This document shows positions 1-10,993 of a stretch of 64,000 nt of DNA, piece after piece (within the stretch, counting starts at the first letter, position 1; each line of letters begins with the position of its first letter). Source of the DNA: an uncultured bacterium. Lineage in GTDB: Bacteria > Verrucomicrobiota > Verrucomicrobiia > Verrucomicrobiales > DEV007. The stretch covers positions 1 through 64,000 of the forward strand of contig CAXBMO010000009.1 in assembly GCA_963977015.1 (NCBI GenBank). Direction: 5' to 3'. Made by a program: the position numbers and the translations under genes. A model generated the notes under the pieces. The model did no database searches. It was not told the origin of the DNA and saw nothing but the letters and a program-made list of their open reading frames with translations.

Positions 1-33
1 GAAATCTCGCGCCATTCCTGTATTCGTCTAAGG

Positions 34-1452
34 ATGCCCAAACTCGGAAAGAGTCGACTTCTCGGATTCATCGCCCTCTTCGCGATGGTCGCCGTCGGCT
101 TTGTCATCGCGCTTCGAGGGCCTCAGTATTACAGTTCTCCGACGGCCAAACGGGTTCAGGATTCGCCGTGGTTGGATCCACCGGATTCGTCAACGCCAGA
201 AGCGCCCGACCTTCTGCTTCGAGAAGAGATCGAGCTGAAGATCACGGAAAACGAAATCTGGATTCGCGCAAAACGGAAACTCAGAACCAGCAACTCAGCG
301 TGGCCCAGGGTCTCGACCGCGGTCGCACCTTTCGGCCAAGCTGCAGTCTTTGCGGATGGCACCTCAATCCGTCCAATCGCCGCCTCTTACGGTTATGCGA
401 TTGATAGCGCTGAAGGCGATTATCTTTTGGAAACGACCGAATTCGATCCCCTGAGTGGAGCCATTACGGGCCCTCTCAAGGAATTCCGACCAGAAATCGT
501 GAAACTCGTCGAGTTTTGGCCCATTCGCAGGATCGGTTCCCGAGCCCTTGCCAACCTGGCCTTAATCTACGAATTGGACGGAATTCCCGATGCCGAAACC
601 GTGGACAGAAACTGGTTATGGGACCACGCCACGGGCTCGATCCTGGATCGCAGCTTGGGCGCGTTTGAAGTGAAGGATCAAATCTTCTACGACTCCTTCT
701 ATCTCTCTGCTCTGCATCCCTTCTCGGCCGTCTCCTCGATCAACCTTCAGCATGGGCCGTTCGAGGAATATCTGTTGGAACCCGTTTCGGGAGCCACAGC
801 GACCTCGCCGCACTTTCAATTCATTATCCATGAGGTCATTCCCGGGCGGATCGCAGGACGGATCAGTTCCCTTGACGGGCCCCACCTTCGACTGCGGGAG
901 AATGCCGACGAACGAAGAAATTCCTCGATCTTCATCGCATCATGGTCTTCCCCGGAACTGCTGGATTGGAGCGAAATCGAGATCGTCACCCATGCCGGCT
1001 CAATCCACACGGCCCAACCGTTTTTTCCTGGGTCTGAGGAATTTGCCTTCTTCCAGGCAGCGGTCCCAAAGGAACAGATTTCCAAGTTCAGAATCCGGTT
1101 CCGTCCATTTCTAAAGAAAGCGATATTTCAACTTGGCCCGATCCCAGGCACCCCCACCGTGAATGACGATGTCCGAAATCTCTTTGATGTCGTGATCCCC
1201 TATCATCGTGAACTCAAGAGAGATTCGCTGCTTCGCCTGACTCAATTGAGCACGGCTGATCCTTTTTTGCCGCTGACGTTTGATGCCATTTCTTCCACCG
1301 GCCGAAACGTTTCGGTCAATGAGCTCTGGGTTGATTGCGTTTCCCAATCCAAAGAAGGTCGCTACCTGATTGATCAAGATTCGCACGAAGTCGGCTATCT
1401 CCCCCCTCGTTTTCAATGGCTTCGAGATCGAATTCCGTCCTTGAAGCCCTAG
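34..1452 (+). CDS. hypothetical protein with N-terminal membrane anchor
   Basis: 472-aa ORF; K/R-rich start then hydrophobic LLGFIALFAMVAVGFVIAL; no recognisable motif. Confidence 0.7.
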   Translation: MPKLGKSRLLGFIALFAMVAVGFVIALRGPQYYSSPTAKRVQDSPWLDPPDSSTPEAPDLLLREEIELKITENEIWIRAKRKLRTSNSAWPRVSTAVAPFGQAAVFADGTSIRPIAASYGYAIDSAEGDYLLETTEFDPLSGAITGPLKEFRPEIVKLVEFWPIRRIGSRALANLALIYELDGIPDAETVDRNWLWDHATGSILDRSLGAFEVKDQIFYDSFYLSALHPFSAVSSINLQHGPFEEYLLEPVSGATATSPHFQFIIHEVIPGRIAGRISSLDGPHLRLRENADERRNSSIFIASWSSPELLDWSEIEIVTHAGSIHTAQPFFPGSEEFAFFQAAVPKEQISKFRIRFRPFLKKAIFQLGPIPGTPTVNDDVRNLFDVVIPYHRELKRDSLLRLTQLSTADPFLPLTFDAISSTGRNVSVNELWVDCVSQSKEGRYLIDQDSHEVGYLPPRFQWLRDRIPSLKP

Positions 1453-1605
1453 GGAGCGATTGAAAATGATGACGGACGCGCAAGTTGTTCCTCAATTTCA
1501 ATTCTCCCTAGCATTCTTCCAGTCCCTCCAGATTTTGCTGAAAAAGTACGTTGAACGTCGATCCCCTTGCAATTCGTGAGCGTAATGCTTTAGGAAGTCA
1601 CGCTT

Positions 1606-2319
1606 ATGAGTTTCTTTCGAGTTATCGCCGCGTTTTGTGGTTCATCGATCGGTCGAAAAATCCTGGTAGCCCTAACGGGCTTGGGATTGTTGCTGTTCCT
1701 GGCAGGTCACCTGGTTGGCAACCTCCTGATTTACCTTGGTCCAGAAGCCATTAATTCCTACGCCTACGAACTAAGGCACGCGCTTCATGGCGGCTTACTC
1801 TGGGGGGCCAGGATCGGTTTGTTAGTGTTTTTCGTGGTCCACGTGGTGTTTACCATCAAACTCACCCAAGAAAACCGGGGGGCTCGCGATGAGCGATATG
1901 CGCAGGGAGCGACGGTCCAAGCCTCCAAAGCATCGCGATCCATGATTTTAAGCGGACTCGTGGTTCTTTCGTTCGTTATCTATCACCTGCTTCATTTCAC
2001 GATCCAAACGACCGGAGTCGAGGCTGCGCCCCTCCCCAATGGTCAGCACGACGTTTACAACATGGTCGTGGCAGGATTCAGCAACCCCTTGGTGAGCGGC
2101 TTCTACATTCTTTCCATGGCCTTGCTCTGCGCTCACCTCACTCACGGATTTTCCAGCGTATTCCAGACGCTTGGACTAAGCACCCGGCAGACAAGGGGAA
2201 TTTTTAAGGCGGTTGGGATCGCCTACGCCCTTGTGATTTTTGTCGGGAACATTTCCATCCCAATCAGCGTTCTTGCCGGGTTTGTGAAACCCATTGAAGC
2301 AGTAACCGCCAATCTTTGA
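1606..2319 (+). CDS. sdhC: succinate dehydrogenase/fumarate reductase cytochrome b subunit (b558-type)
   Basis: Five TM segments, SSIGRK..ALTG start, heme-ligand His in GHLVGN, VHV, YHLLHF, AHLTHG; directly upstream of sdhA. Confidence 0.95.
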   Translation: MSFFRVIAAFCGSSIGRKILVALTGLGLLLFLAGHLVGNLLIYLGPEAINSYAYELRHALHGGLLWGARIGLLVFFVVHVVFTIKLTQENRGARDERYAQGATVQASKASRSMILSGLVVLSFVIYHLLHFTIQTTGVEAAPLPNGQHDVYNMVVAGFSNPLVSGFYILSMALLCAHLTHGFSSVFQTLGLSTRQTRGIFKAVGIAYALVIFVGNISIPISVLAGFVKPIEAVTANL

Positions 2320-2331
2320 TTTTTATTACCA

Positions 2332-4266
2332 ATGAGTTCCGTCCTCGACGCAAAAATACCAGATGGGCCACTTGGCGAGAAGTGGACGAAGCACAAGTTT
2401 GCTTCCAAGCTGATCAATCCCAAGAACAAGCGTAAGTACAAAATTCTCGTTGTCGGTTCGGGGTTGGCTGGCGCTTCGGCTGCGGCAACTCTCAGTGAAC
2501 TGGGTTATCAGGTTAGCTGCTTTTGCTACCAGGACAGTGCGCGCCGTGCTCACTCCATTGCAGCGCAAGGAGGAATCAACGCTGCCAAGAATTATCAAAA
2601 TGATGGGGACAGTTCCTACCGTCTCTTTTACGATACCATTAAGGGAGGAGATTTCCGCTCTCGCGAAGCAAACGTTCATCGACTGGCTGAGGTCAGCGCC
2701 AACATCATTGACCAGTGTGTTGCGCAAGGAGTGCCTTTCGCTCGGGAATATGGTGGCTTGTTAGCGAACCGCTCCTTTGGTGGAGCCCAGGTTTCGCGGA
2801 CTTTCTACGCGGCAGGCCAGACCGGCCAGCAACTGCTTTTGGGAGCCTACGCCGCGCTGAACAAGCAAATTGCGACCGGCGGAGTCAAAATGTATCCAAG
2901 GACCGAGATGCTGGATCTGGTTCTGGTAGACGGCCACGCAAAGGGAATCATCACCCGGAACTTGCAAACCGGTAAAATTGAAAGCCACGCTGGAGACGCA
3001 GTCCTTCTCTGCACGGGTGGATATGGAAATGTGTTTTTCCTGTCCACCAATGCCATGGGCTGCAACGTTACGGCAACGTGGAGAGCCCACAAACGGGGGG
3101 CTTTCTTTGCCAACCCGTGTTTCACCCAGATTCACCCAACCTGCATTCCGCGTTCCGGCGACTACCAATCGAAGCTCACGTTGATGAGCGAATCGCTCCG
3201 TAATGACGGTCGCGTTTGGGTGCCCAAGAATGCTGCTGACTGCGGAAAATCGCCAGCCAGCATCCCCGAATCGGACCGCGATTACTACTTGGAGCGAAAG
3301 TATCCAAGTTTCGGAAACCTGGCTCCGCGTGACATTGCATCACGAGCTGCAAAAGAGGTTTGTGACGAAGGCAGAGGCGTTGGCCCCGCCGTCGGAGGCC
3401 AAAGCCAGGGCGTTTACCTCGACTTTTCTGAAGCAATTGAAGAATTTGGCAAAGAGACCATCGGCGCCAGGTATGGCAACTTGTTCGATATGTATCAACG
3501 GATTACCGGAGAAAGTCCGTATGATATGCCAATGCGGATCTACCCGGCAGTCCACTACACCATGGGCGGCCTCTGGGTAGACTACAATCTAATGTCAACG
3601 ATTCCCGGGTTGCACGTCCTCGGTGAGGCGAATTTCAGCGATCACGGAGCCAACCGGCTTGGAGCATCAGCGTTGATGCAGGGACTCGCGGACGGTTACT
3701 TTGTGATTCCAACAACGCTTCCCAACTATCTCGCTCCTGAAACGCCAGGGAAGATAACCACCGAAAACGACGCCTTCCGAGAAGCCGAACAGCGCGTCAA
3801 CGCGCGGGTTGAGCAACTCCTCAACATCAAAGGATCTCGCAGTGTGGATAGCTTCCACCGCGAATTGGGCCTTCTTGTTTGGGAACATTGTGGCATGGCC
3901 AGAAACAAGGAAGGTCTTCAAGAGGCCCTGCAGAAAATTCCGGCGATCAGAGATGAGTTCTGGAGCAACGTTCGCATTCCGGGCGATAGCGCAACTCTCA
4001 ACCCCGAACTGGAAAAAGCGGGGAGGGTCGCAGATTTCCTCGAGTTTGGAGAACTTATGTGTCTCGATGCTCTGGAGCGGGAAGAGTCCTGTGGCGGTCA
4101 TTTTCGCACCGAATATCAGACTCATGAAGGCGAAGCGCAGAGGCGTGATGACCAATTCGCCTATGCTGCGGCATGGGAATTCACCGGAGTTGGGACCAGA
4201 CCCAATCTTCACAAGGAACAACTGGAATTTGAAAACGTGGAACTCGCCGTGCGGAGTTACAAATAA
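2332..4266 (+). CDS. sdhA: succinate dehydrogenase flavoprotein subunit
   Basis: [11 protein letters not shown] motif, [11 protein letters not shown] covalent-FAD His, QIHPT, HYTMGG, HGANRLG. Confidence 0.97.
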   Translation: MSSVLDAKIPDGPLGEKWTKHKFASKLINPKNKRKYKILVVGSGLAGASAAATLSELGYQVSCFCYQDSARRAHSIAAQGGINAAKNYQNDGDSSYRLFYDTIKGGDFRSREANVHRLAEVSANIIDQCVAQGVPFAREYGGLLANRSFGGAQVSRTFYAAGQTGQQLLLGAYAALNKQIATGGVKMYPRTEMLDLVLVDGHAKGIITRNLQTGKIESHAGDAVLLCTGGYGNVFFLSTNAMGCNVTATWRAHKRGAFFANPCFTQIHPTCIPRSGDYQSKLTLMSESLRNDGRVWVPKNAADCGKSPASIPESDRDYYLERKYPSFGNLAPRDIASRAAKEVCDEGRGVGPAVGGQSQGVYLDFSEAIEEFGKETIGARYGNLFDMYQRITGESPYDMPMRIYPAVHYTMGGLWVDYNLMSTIPGLHVLGEANFSDHGANRLGASALMQGLADGYFVIPTTLPNYLAPETPGKITTENDAFREAEQRVNARVEQLLNIKGSRSVDSFHRELGLLVWEHCGMARNKEGLQEALQKIPAIRDEFWSNVRIPGDSATLNPELEKAGRVADFLEFGELMCLDALEREESCGGHFRTEYQTHEGEAQRRDDQFAYAAAWEFTGVGTRPNLHKEQLEFENVELAVRSYK

Positions 4267-4287
4267 GTTAACCATCATTCGATCGCG

Positions 4288-5040
4288 ATGAACCTCACTC
4301 TCAAAGTTTGGCGACAGGCTTCGCCCAATTCGAAAGGAATGCTCGAGTCCTACGATGCTCCTGAAATTCCTGAAACTGCCTCATTCCTCGAAATGCTCGA
4401 CATCGTCAACGAGCGGATCATCACGAAGGGGGGCGAACCAATTGCTTTTGACCACGATTGCCGAGAGGGAATCTGCGGAACGTGCTCCTTGGTGATTAAC
4501 GGAGTTTCCCATGGTCCCGAGCGAGCCACCACAACTTGCCAGTTGCACATGCGCAGCTTCAAAGATGGTGACACCATCTATGTTGAGCCATTTCGAGCAC
4601 GGGCGTTCCCGGTTGTGAAGGATCTGGTGGTAGATCGAGGAGCTTTCGACCGCATTCAACAAAGCGGGGGCTTTATTTCCGTAAGAACGGGAGCAGCCCC
4701 GGAAGCCAATGGCACTCCGGTTCCGAAAGATGATGCGGATGAAGCTTTTGCATCAGCTGCCTGCATCGGCTGCGGTGCCTGTGTCGCGGCGTGTAAGAAT
4801 GCGTCTGCGATGCTATTCGTGGGAGCAAAAATCACTCATCTGAATACCTTGCCTCAAGGCCGTCCAGAGAAGGACAAAAGGACCATCGCGATGGTTGAGC
4901 AAATGGACGAGGAAGGATTTGGCAACTGCACGAATCAATATGAATGCGAAGCCGTTTGCCCGAAAGAGATCAGTGTGGACGTGATCAGCAAAATGAATCG
5001 GGATTACTCGGCTGCCGTTGCCCGGGAATCTGCTACGTAA
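4288..5040 (+). CDS. sdhB: succinate dehydrogenase iron-sulfur subunit
   Basis: [20 protein letters not shown] and [12 protein letters not shown] Fe-S motifs. Confidence 0.97.
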   Translation: MNLTLKVWRQASPNSKGMLESYDAPEIPETASFLEMLDIVNERIITKGGEPIAFDHDCREGICGTCSLVINGVSHGPERATTTCQLHMRSFKDGDTIYVEPFRARAFPVVKDLVVDRGAFDRIQQSGGFISVRTGAAPEANGTPVPKDDADEAFASAACIGCGACVAACKNASAMLFVGAKITHLNTLPQGRPEKDKRTIAMVEQMDEEGFGNCTNQYECEAVCPKEISVDVISKMNRDYSAAVARESAT

Positions 5041-5059
5041 TTCGATTGCCTTGCTCGGA

Positions 5060-5497
5060 TCAGGCGGCGTTTCGCTCGACACCCCACTGGACCAGCTTCA
5101 TCAGCCGCTCTGCGGTGTACGGCTTCGGCAATACACCAACAAAGCCCCGCTGTTTTGCTCCCTGTGCCACAACGGCCGTATCATCAAAATAGCCGCTTGT
5201 CGCAATCACTCGTGCCTTCGGATCAAATTCCCGAATCGCGTCCAGAGTCTCCAGACCACTCATTCCACCCGGCAGCGTCAGATCGAGAAGAACCAGAAGA
5301 AAAGGGGTTTGATTCGCCACACCCTGCTGGTAGTACTGCAATCCTAATTCGCCGCTGGTTGCTCCAATGGCCGTGAACCCAACCGAATCCAGAATCGCTT
5401 TTGTCATCGCGAGCACGGCTTGGTCATCATCAACAACGAGAACGTAGCTACAGCTACTACCTGGATCAGGAACAACGTCTGGAAGTATCGAATTCAT
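5060..5497 (-). CDS. single-domain response regulator (receiver)
   Basis: VLVVDDD, phospho-acceptor LLDLTLPGGMSG, ATSG, KPY; last gene of the pilus operon. Confidence 0.9.
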   Translation of the reverse strand: MNSILPDVVPDPGSSCSYVLVVDDDQAVLAMTKAILDSVGFTAIGATSGELGLQYYQQGVANQTPFLLVLLDLTLPGGMSGLETLDAIREFDPKARVIATSGYFDDTAVVAQGAKQRGFVGVLPKPYTAERLMKLVQWGVERNAA

Positions 5498-5538
5498 TTC
5501 TTTGTTGCGTAAAATAATGTCTAACTCTGTGCTCAGTA

Positions 5539-7704
5539 TCAGGCTGAGCCATAGGCAAGACCTTTGATTTCTTCAATAGTGGTAGTGCCCTGTAACACTT
5601 GTATCAGGCCCTCTTGATAAAGACTCAGCAATCCATTGTGCCGGGCATTCTTGCGGATCTCCCGCATTGGGGCATCCTCGGAAATCATATCCTTCACCTC
5701 GGCATTGATTTCCGCTATCTCCATCAAGGCGACTCGCCCCTTGTAGCCGGTATGATGACATTCATCACAACCAACCTTTGTATACACAGGGGTCGATACA
5801 TTTCCGTCCGCAATGCCAAATCGAACCATCGGCTCCAGGATGTCCTCCGTCATGGCAACCGGCCGCTTGCAATAGTTGCAGAGCCTCCTCACGAGTCGCT
5901 GAGCTTGAGAAAGCACCAGCGAATCCGCCAACAAGTAGTTGGGAACGCCCATTGAGAGCAGACGAGAAATTGCCCTGAGTGAATCATTTGCGTGCAGCGT
6001 CGTCAGCACCAAGTGCCCGGTCAGCGCGGAAGTCACCGCAGCTGTAGCGGTCTCTTCATCCCGACACTCTCCAATTAGAATCACATCCGGGTCGGATCGC
6101 AGCAAGGCTCTAAGGCCAGTCAGAAATGAAATGTTATTGACGTGGTCAATCTGCGTTTGGTTTAGCCCCTCAATTCGATATTCGATAGGATCCTCAATGG
6201 TATGAATATTGATATGGTCCTCATTAATACTATTAAGAAGCGCGTAAAGCGTTGTGGTCTTACCACTTCCCGTTGGCCCCGTAATCAATACCAACCCCTG
6301 ATCTCTGCACATCGCACCATCAAACAATGTGGACTGGCGCTGAGACAAGTTCAGATCCCCCAACGCGATCATCCCCCCATCTTTGTCCAAAAATCGCATG
6401 ATGATCTTCTGGAATTCCCCGCGACAAGGAACCGCCGCAACTCGAACATCAATTCTCCGCTTCCCGATCGACATCCCAAACCGCCCATCCTGCGCTTCCT
6501 GACGGCTCTGCCCCAGGTTGGAATAGTTCTTAATCATCGCCACATACCTCGGCAACAGTTCCTCGGAAGCGGCGAAAATCACCTTCAACTGTCCATCAAT
6601 CCTCGCTCTGAATCTTACCGTATTGTAGTATTTCTCAAGGTGAAGGTCACTCGCACGAAGATTCAACGCTTGGTAAAGCACCCATTTTACGATCTCGTCT
6701 GGAGTATGATTTACATTCTTCGGATTAACCAAAAGGATATCTTCTGGAATGATTTCAACCAAGTTGGCATCATCTGAAACCTCGAAATCAGATTCCTTGA
6801 TGTCGATCTCAAAACCATCCTTCGCTCCACTATATTTAGCGATCGCATGCCTAATGACCTTATCATCAGCCAAGACGGGAACCATTTCGATCGGATCTGA
6901 GCCGCTCGACAGCCACTCATCCTCAAATGGATAAACATCAAGGTTCTCAGTCAGGAGATATACACGTTGCCGCCCACAGTACAACGGATAAACTCCATGC
7001 TTATCCAACAGCGCCATCGGAAACATCTCTTGACGCGGCGCTTCATCAGGATTGAAAACTAAAACCGGCGTACTACTCCCGATCGAGTACAAGGCCACTC
7101 CAAGATGCTTCTGTAACCCGTTGAACTCCGAGACACTCGGATCCGGATTCTTCTCCACCAACTCCCGGTAGCTGGTTCGAAGTTGCTCGGCTTGCTGTTT
7201 TTCAAGTGGATAGTGCTCGATAAACCAATCAAAAGCCCCCCTTAGATCTCCACTCTCATTCTCCGGGCGCTGAACATGCTCAAACTCATTGGATTCGTCG
7301 ATAGGCATCCCAGTGATACGCATCACCATATCCGCCTTCAGATTTTCGTATTGCTGTAGGGAAACAACAACCTTTACAACCAGAAAGTCAGGAACCCCCC
7401 AAATATCCTCACACTTTGGGTTGTGATGCGCAATCACCAAGAGAGGACCCAGCGTTGACACAGGAAGCCAAGGAGACTCTGTGCGAGGAGATCTCCCAAG
7501 CAGCCGCACCAAGCGTTCAGCATCGGCGGTACAGGCCTCCCTCAGCAAATCAATCGGCACCAGGCCGAATTGAACGGCAACCCCTTCAATCGACACCAAC
7601 GATCCTTCAAAAATGTCTTCCGCGGCTAAAGCCACACCGGATGAATCACTATTCGCCCCTGGATTTCGAACTGGAGGTAGGCTGGGCTGCTTTGGAAAAT
7701 CCAT
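5539..7704 (-). CDS. pilB: PilB/GspE-family assembly ATPase
   Basis: ASDLH, Walker A GPTGSGKTT, TIEDPIEY, LRSDPDVILIGECRD, TGHLVLTTLH, Zn motif CNYC...CDEC; long atypical N-terminus. Confidence 0.9.
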   Translation of the reverse strand: MDFPKQPSLPPVRNPGANSDSSGVALAAEDIFEGSLVSIEGVAVQFGLVPIDLLREACTADAERLVRLLGRSPRTESPWLPVSTLGPLLVIAHHNPKCEDIWGVPDFLVVKVVVSLQQYENLKADMVMRITGMPIDESNEFEHVQRPENESGDLRGAFDWFIEHYPLEKQQAEQLRTSYRELVEKNPDPSVSEFNGLQKHLGVALYSIGSSTPVLVFNPDEAPRQEMFPMALLDKHGVYPLYCGRQRVYLLTENLDVYPFEDEWLSSGSDPIEMVPVLADDKVIRHAIAKYSGAKDGFEIDIKESDFEVSDDANLVEIIPEDILLVNPKNVNHTPDEIVKWVLYQALNLRASDLHLEKYYNTVRFRARIDGQLKVIFAASEELLPRYVAMIKNYSNLGQSRQEAQDGRFGMSIGKRRIDVRVAAVPCRGEFQKIIMRFLDKDGGMIALGDLNLSQRQSTLFDGAMCRDQGLVLITGPTGSGKTTTLYALLNSINEDHINIHTIEDPIEYRIEGLNQTQIDHVNNISFLTGLRALLRSDPDVILIGECRDEETATAAVTSALTGHLVLTTLHANDSLRAISRLLSMGVPNYLLADSLVLSQAQRLVRRLCNYCKRPVAMTEDILEPMVRFGIADGNVSTPVYTKVGCDECHHTGYKGRVALMEIAEINAEVKDMISEDAPMREIRKNARHNGLLSLYQEGLIQVLQGTTTIEEIKGLAYGSA

Positions 7705-7707
7705 ATC

Positions 7708-8223
7708 CTAGTAAGAACTCAAAGGTTCAAAATTGTTGGGAAAAACTACAGACCTACCCAAATCAGATGCATCAAAGACAATCTTTAAGCCCGCCCCAGA
7801 TTCTCCAGGCTCTCGTAACTCAAAGAAAGTTCCGTTCCAAATTGCTCGATAGTCATTAGTATCGCTGGAGAGAGGTGGATCATAGTCCGGCCGCATATAT
7901 GGAGCCCCCGGATCTGCTTGGGATGAATCCGGGTGGTTCCATTGCATGGCTCTTAAAATATCAAACTCCTCAAGTGAAGAACTTGAATTTGCGGGAACCG
8001 AAAGGATGTCAGTACTTCTTAATTGAACATACTTTTTTACCGCGTTGTTCAATGTCTCCACGTGGTTCCCTCCGACCGTCTTCTTCGAAGTTTCAAAAAT
8101 CCGCTCATATACACCAACAGCACTCGCCGCAAGAATCCCCATTACGGTAACAGTAACAATCATTTCCAGCAGCGAAATCCCTGCCATCTTCCCCTTCTCG
8201 CTAGTCAGAACTTTGGAAATCAT
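7708..8223 (-). CDS. type IV prepilin-like protein (minor pilin)
   Basis: Class III signal KMAG|ISLLEMIVTVTVMGILA with E5. Confidence 0.85.
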   Translation of the reverse strand: MISKVLTSEKGKMAGISLLEMIVTVTVMGILAASAVGVYERIFETSKKTVGGNHVETLNNAVKKYVQLRSTDILSVPANSSSSLEEFDILRAMQWNHPDSSQADPGAPYMRPDYDPPLSSDTNDYRAIWNGTFFELREPGESGAGLKIVFDASDLGRSVVFPNNFEPLSSY

Positions 8224-8225
8224 AG

Positions 8226-8630
8226 TTAATAGGTGATTGCGGTGCTGGACGGATCAGAGAGGGCGACTTTGCTTAAAGTGGCAATCGAAGTTGGCAATGT
8301 GATTGTGTATCCACCAGGCATGTAGTCAGTGAATGCATCTGGCGCAAAAGCAAGATAGGGCTTTATCAAGGTATATCGTTGCGCCGCAGTGGTAGTGGCA
8401 TCCCATGCGGTCACCGCTGCCGATCGCCCCTGTGACTGAATAAAGGAAGCAAGAGACATATTAATTGCTTCAGCCCTTGCGATCGCAAGGTTGACCTCAC
8501 TATCTTCCTGCATTTGAACGATGTTTGGAATCGCAATGAAAGCCAGGATGCCAAGCAAAACTGTTGCGGTAAGCACCTCCACAAGTGAAAATGCTCTGGA
8601 GTCTTTCGTATTGGATGGTTGAACTTTCAT
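8226..8630 (-). CDS. type IV prepilin-like protein (minor pilin)
   Basis: SRA|FSLVEVLTATVLLGILAFIAIP. Confidence 0.9.
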   Translation of the reverse strand: MKVQPSNTKDSRAFSLVEVLTATVLLGILAFIAIPNIVQMQEDSEVNLAIARAEAINMSLASFIQSQGRSAAVTAWDATTTAAQRYTLIKPYLAFAPDAFTDYMPGGYTITLPTSIATLSKVALSDPSSTAITY

Positions 8631-8649
8631 TGTAAATTGAGGGTAAAAA

Positions 8650-9102
8650 TCAAGGAAGGGACTTCACTAAATCAACTTTGGGATATGACCCATCGGTCCA
8701 ACTTCCCAAGCTTATATGCCACCCCAACCTCCGGGTAGCCTCTGAAGTAACCTCATCTGAAGGGGCAATCTGACCTTGTTCATAAAAATGAGTATAACTT
8801 TCGTCATCCAAGTAATCCCGGACCAGATTGAGTCTCGTTTCGCTCGTCGAGCTCGTATTGTAGGTCGTCCGGATCTGCGATATGGATTGCGAACTGGAAA
8901 TCTGCCCCACAACCCATCCATTCACAGCAGTCTGAATTGCGGCCTGTTGCTGTCGCGCTACGATTTCGCGAGCATCTTCAGCTCCATTTGAAAAAGCGCC
9001 TATGGCCAGAGCCGACATGATACCAACAACTGCAATCACGATAACCAATTCGATGAAGGTAAATCCTTTTGTCTTGCTACCGTGTTTCATTATTGCAGTC
9101 AT
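8650..9102 (-). CDS. type IV prepilin-like protein (minor pilin)
   Basis: KTKG|FTFIELVIVIAVVGIMSALAI; start could be the second Met. Confidence 0.9.
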   Translation of the reverse strand: MTAIMKHGSKTKGFTFIELVIVIAVVGIMSALAIGAFSNGAEDAREIVARQQQAAIQTAVNGWVVGQISSSQSISQIRTTYNTSSTSETRLNLVRDYLDDESYTHFYEQGQIAPSDEVTSEATRRLGWHISLGSWTDGSYPKVDLVKSLP

Positions 9103-9123
9103 TGATCACAAAATTTTTGGTTT

Positions 9124-9154
9124 AGAAAGAGGGGGCCGGCCAGCGCCGACCCCC
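9124..9154 (-). terminator. intrinsic terminator-like hairpin after the putative major pilin
   Basis: Minus strand GGGGGTCGGC-GCTG-GCCGGCCCCC followed by an imperfect U tract TCTTTCT. Confidence 0.6.
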
Positions 9155-9198
9155 CAAATAGATACTTAGTGCGGTCTTAACAATGGACCGCGCTAGGC

Positions 9199-9591
9199 TC
9201 AGGCATCTTCCTGGTAGATCAGCATTCCATTAGCGATCGACAAGTAACTTTCTGACTTGTCTTGCTCAGCAGAGCTCAGGTTTGGAACACCAAAGAAGGT
9301 GTTGAAGAATGGGCTGCTGGTGTCAGTGATGGTGCTTCCGGTTACGATAGCAGCAACCGTTGCACTTACGTCTGATCCCGAAACAAAGTCGTGTCCAGCT
9401 GCTTGAGCTGCGTTGCAAACAGAAGAGAGCTGTTGTGCGTTACGACGATCTTTGGATTCGTTAGCAGCGTCGTTAATCCGTCCGATATTCGGAACAGCAA
9501 CAGCTGCAAGAATACCGATCACGGCAATAACAACGAGCATTTCGACGAGTGAGAAGGCACCGTTCCGTGCCTTAAGGTTTGTTTGTGTCAT
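9199..9591 (-). CDS. type IV prepilin, probable major pilin
   Basis: RNGA|FSLVEMLVVIAVIGILAAVAVP; AT-rich upstream region of its own and downstream hairpins. Confidence 0.9.
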   Translation of the reverse strand: MTQTNLKARNGAFSLVEMLVVIAVIGILAAVAVPNIGRINDAANESKDRRNAQQLSSVCNAAQAAGHDFVSGSDVSATVAAIVTGSTITDTSSPFFNTFFGVPNLSSAEQDKSESYLSIANGMLIYQEDA

Positions 9592-9673
9592 AGTAGTTAT
9601 GGTTTATTTGTTTGAGAGAGCTTAAATATCGCCCATTGAGCTATAATTACAATAATTTTTATAATTATTTTTT

Positions 9674-10900
9674 TTATTTCTTGAAAAGAAGCGCATCGCC
9701 CAAGCTGAAGATTGGCGAGTAGATGGCATAGACCAGAAATGCGACCATGCTTCCGAGAACCACGATCGTGGCCGGTTCGATGATTTTATCGATCTGGCTG
9801 GCGATAACGTCCAACTCCTCTTCGTAATCATCAGCGATCTCATTGAGAGGCTCGGCACCAGTTCCGGTCTCGCCCGCAATTTCCATCACCCCACAAATGG
9901 TTCGACTATCCTCTCCCAACCAATGGGACTCCAGGAGAAAGCTCTCTGGAAGAGTTCTCCCAACGCTAATATGATTACGAATTCGCGAGAAAAACTCGCG
10001 ATAATACAAGTGGGACGCACTTTCTGAAGTAATCTCCAAAGCGGAATTGAGTCTAACGTTGGCCTCAACAAGCATCGCCAAACACCGAAAACTTGTAGTT
10101 GCGGCCGATTTCCGGACCACATTTCCAACGACCGGAATTTTGATGAAGAGTTTCTGAACCGAAGGATGCTTGGCTATTTTTCCCCATTTTTTGAAAAAGA
10201 TGAACAAGCCGATAAATGGGATGGCCGCCGCCCAGGGGTACATAACCAATGTATCCGAGAATTTCATCAACAGCTTGGTAGCAAAAGGAAGATCCGACCC
10301 CAGAGAGGTGTAGAGCTTTGCCATCGCAGGGATCAGGGTAAAACTCATCGCGATGATGACCCCAATACCGAGAGTGACGACAATCGCCGGATAGATCATT
10401 CCTGACCTCAGTTTCCTTAGAATCGCGAGGGTCTTTCTCTGAGAAAACCCAACCCGACGAAATACAGTCGGTAATTGACCTGCTTCTTCCCCTGCTCGAA
10501 GTAGGGCAATGACATCAGAGCTAAACAGATCAGTATGCTTTGACATGGCATCACTGATCGTATCCCCGGACTGCAAATCGGCACAAATGTCCGCGATTGC
10601 TCCGCGGTACCTGGGCGATTTGACTCTGTTCGTCTGCAGTTGAAACGATTTAATGGTGGGAATACTGCGCTCAAAACAATTTGCGAGACCATTGAAGAGC
10701 GCCACACGATCTGCCAGAGATGGTTTTGGCAGTGTGAGGCGTTGGATCATCTCATCAACGCCGCTGACATCAGTAATCTCAGCAGTTTCGTTCGACGTCT
10801 GCCCCGACCCGACGATTGCCCTTTCGTCACTGAAGGTATCCACAATCAATGGGATTGAACGTTTGGTGTGAACGTTGGTTAGTGTGACTTTTTTTAGCAT
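9674..10900 (-). CDS. pilC: PilC/GspF-family inner-membrane platform protein
   Basis: Two T2SSF repeats (RAGEEAGQL...MIYPAIV; IAGETG...IIEPATIV...IYSPIF). Confidence 0.92.
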   Translation of the reverse strand: MLKKVTLTNVHTKRSIPLIVDTFSDERAIVGSGQTSNETAEITDVSGVDEMIQRLTLPKPSLADRVALFNGLANCFERSIPTIKSFQLQTNRVKSPRYRGAIADICADLQSGDTISDAMSKHTDLFSSDVIALLRAGEEAGQLPTVFRRVGFSQRKTLAILRKLRSGMIYPAIVVTLGIGVIIAMSFTLIPAMAKLYTSLGSDLPFATKLLMKFSDTLVMYPWAAAIPFIGLFIFFKKWGKIAKHPSVQKLFIKIPVVGNVVRKSAATTSFRCLAMLVEANVRLNSALEITSESASHLYYREFFSRIRNHISVGRTLPESFLLESHWLGEDSRTICGVMEIAGETGTGAEPLNEIADDYEEELDVIASQIDKIIEPATIVVLGSMVAFLVYAIYSPIFSLGDALLFKK

Positions 10901-10993
10901 GACATTCTGAGTCTCGTTTTTCTCTCCTCAATCTAAGAGCTCCCGATACACAACCGGGATCCAATTCTTCGCGCAAAAGTGGATATGACCTCT

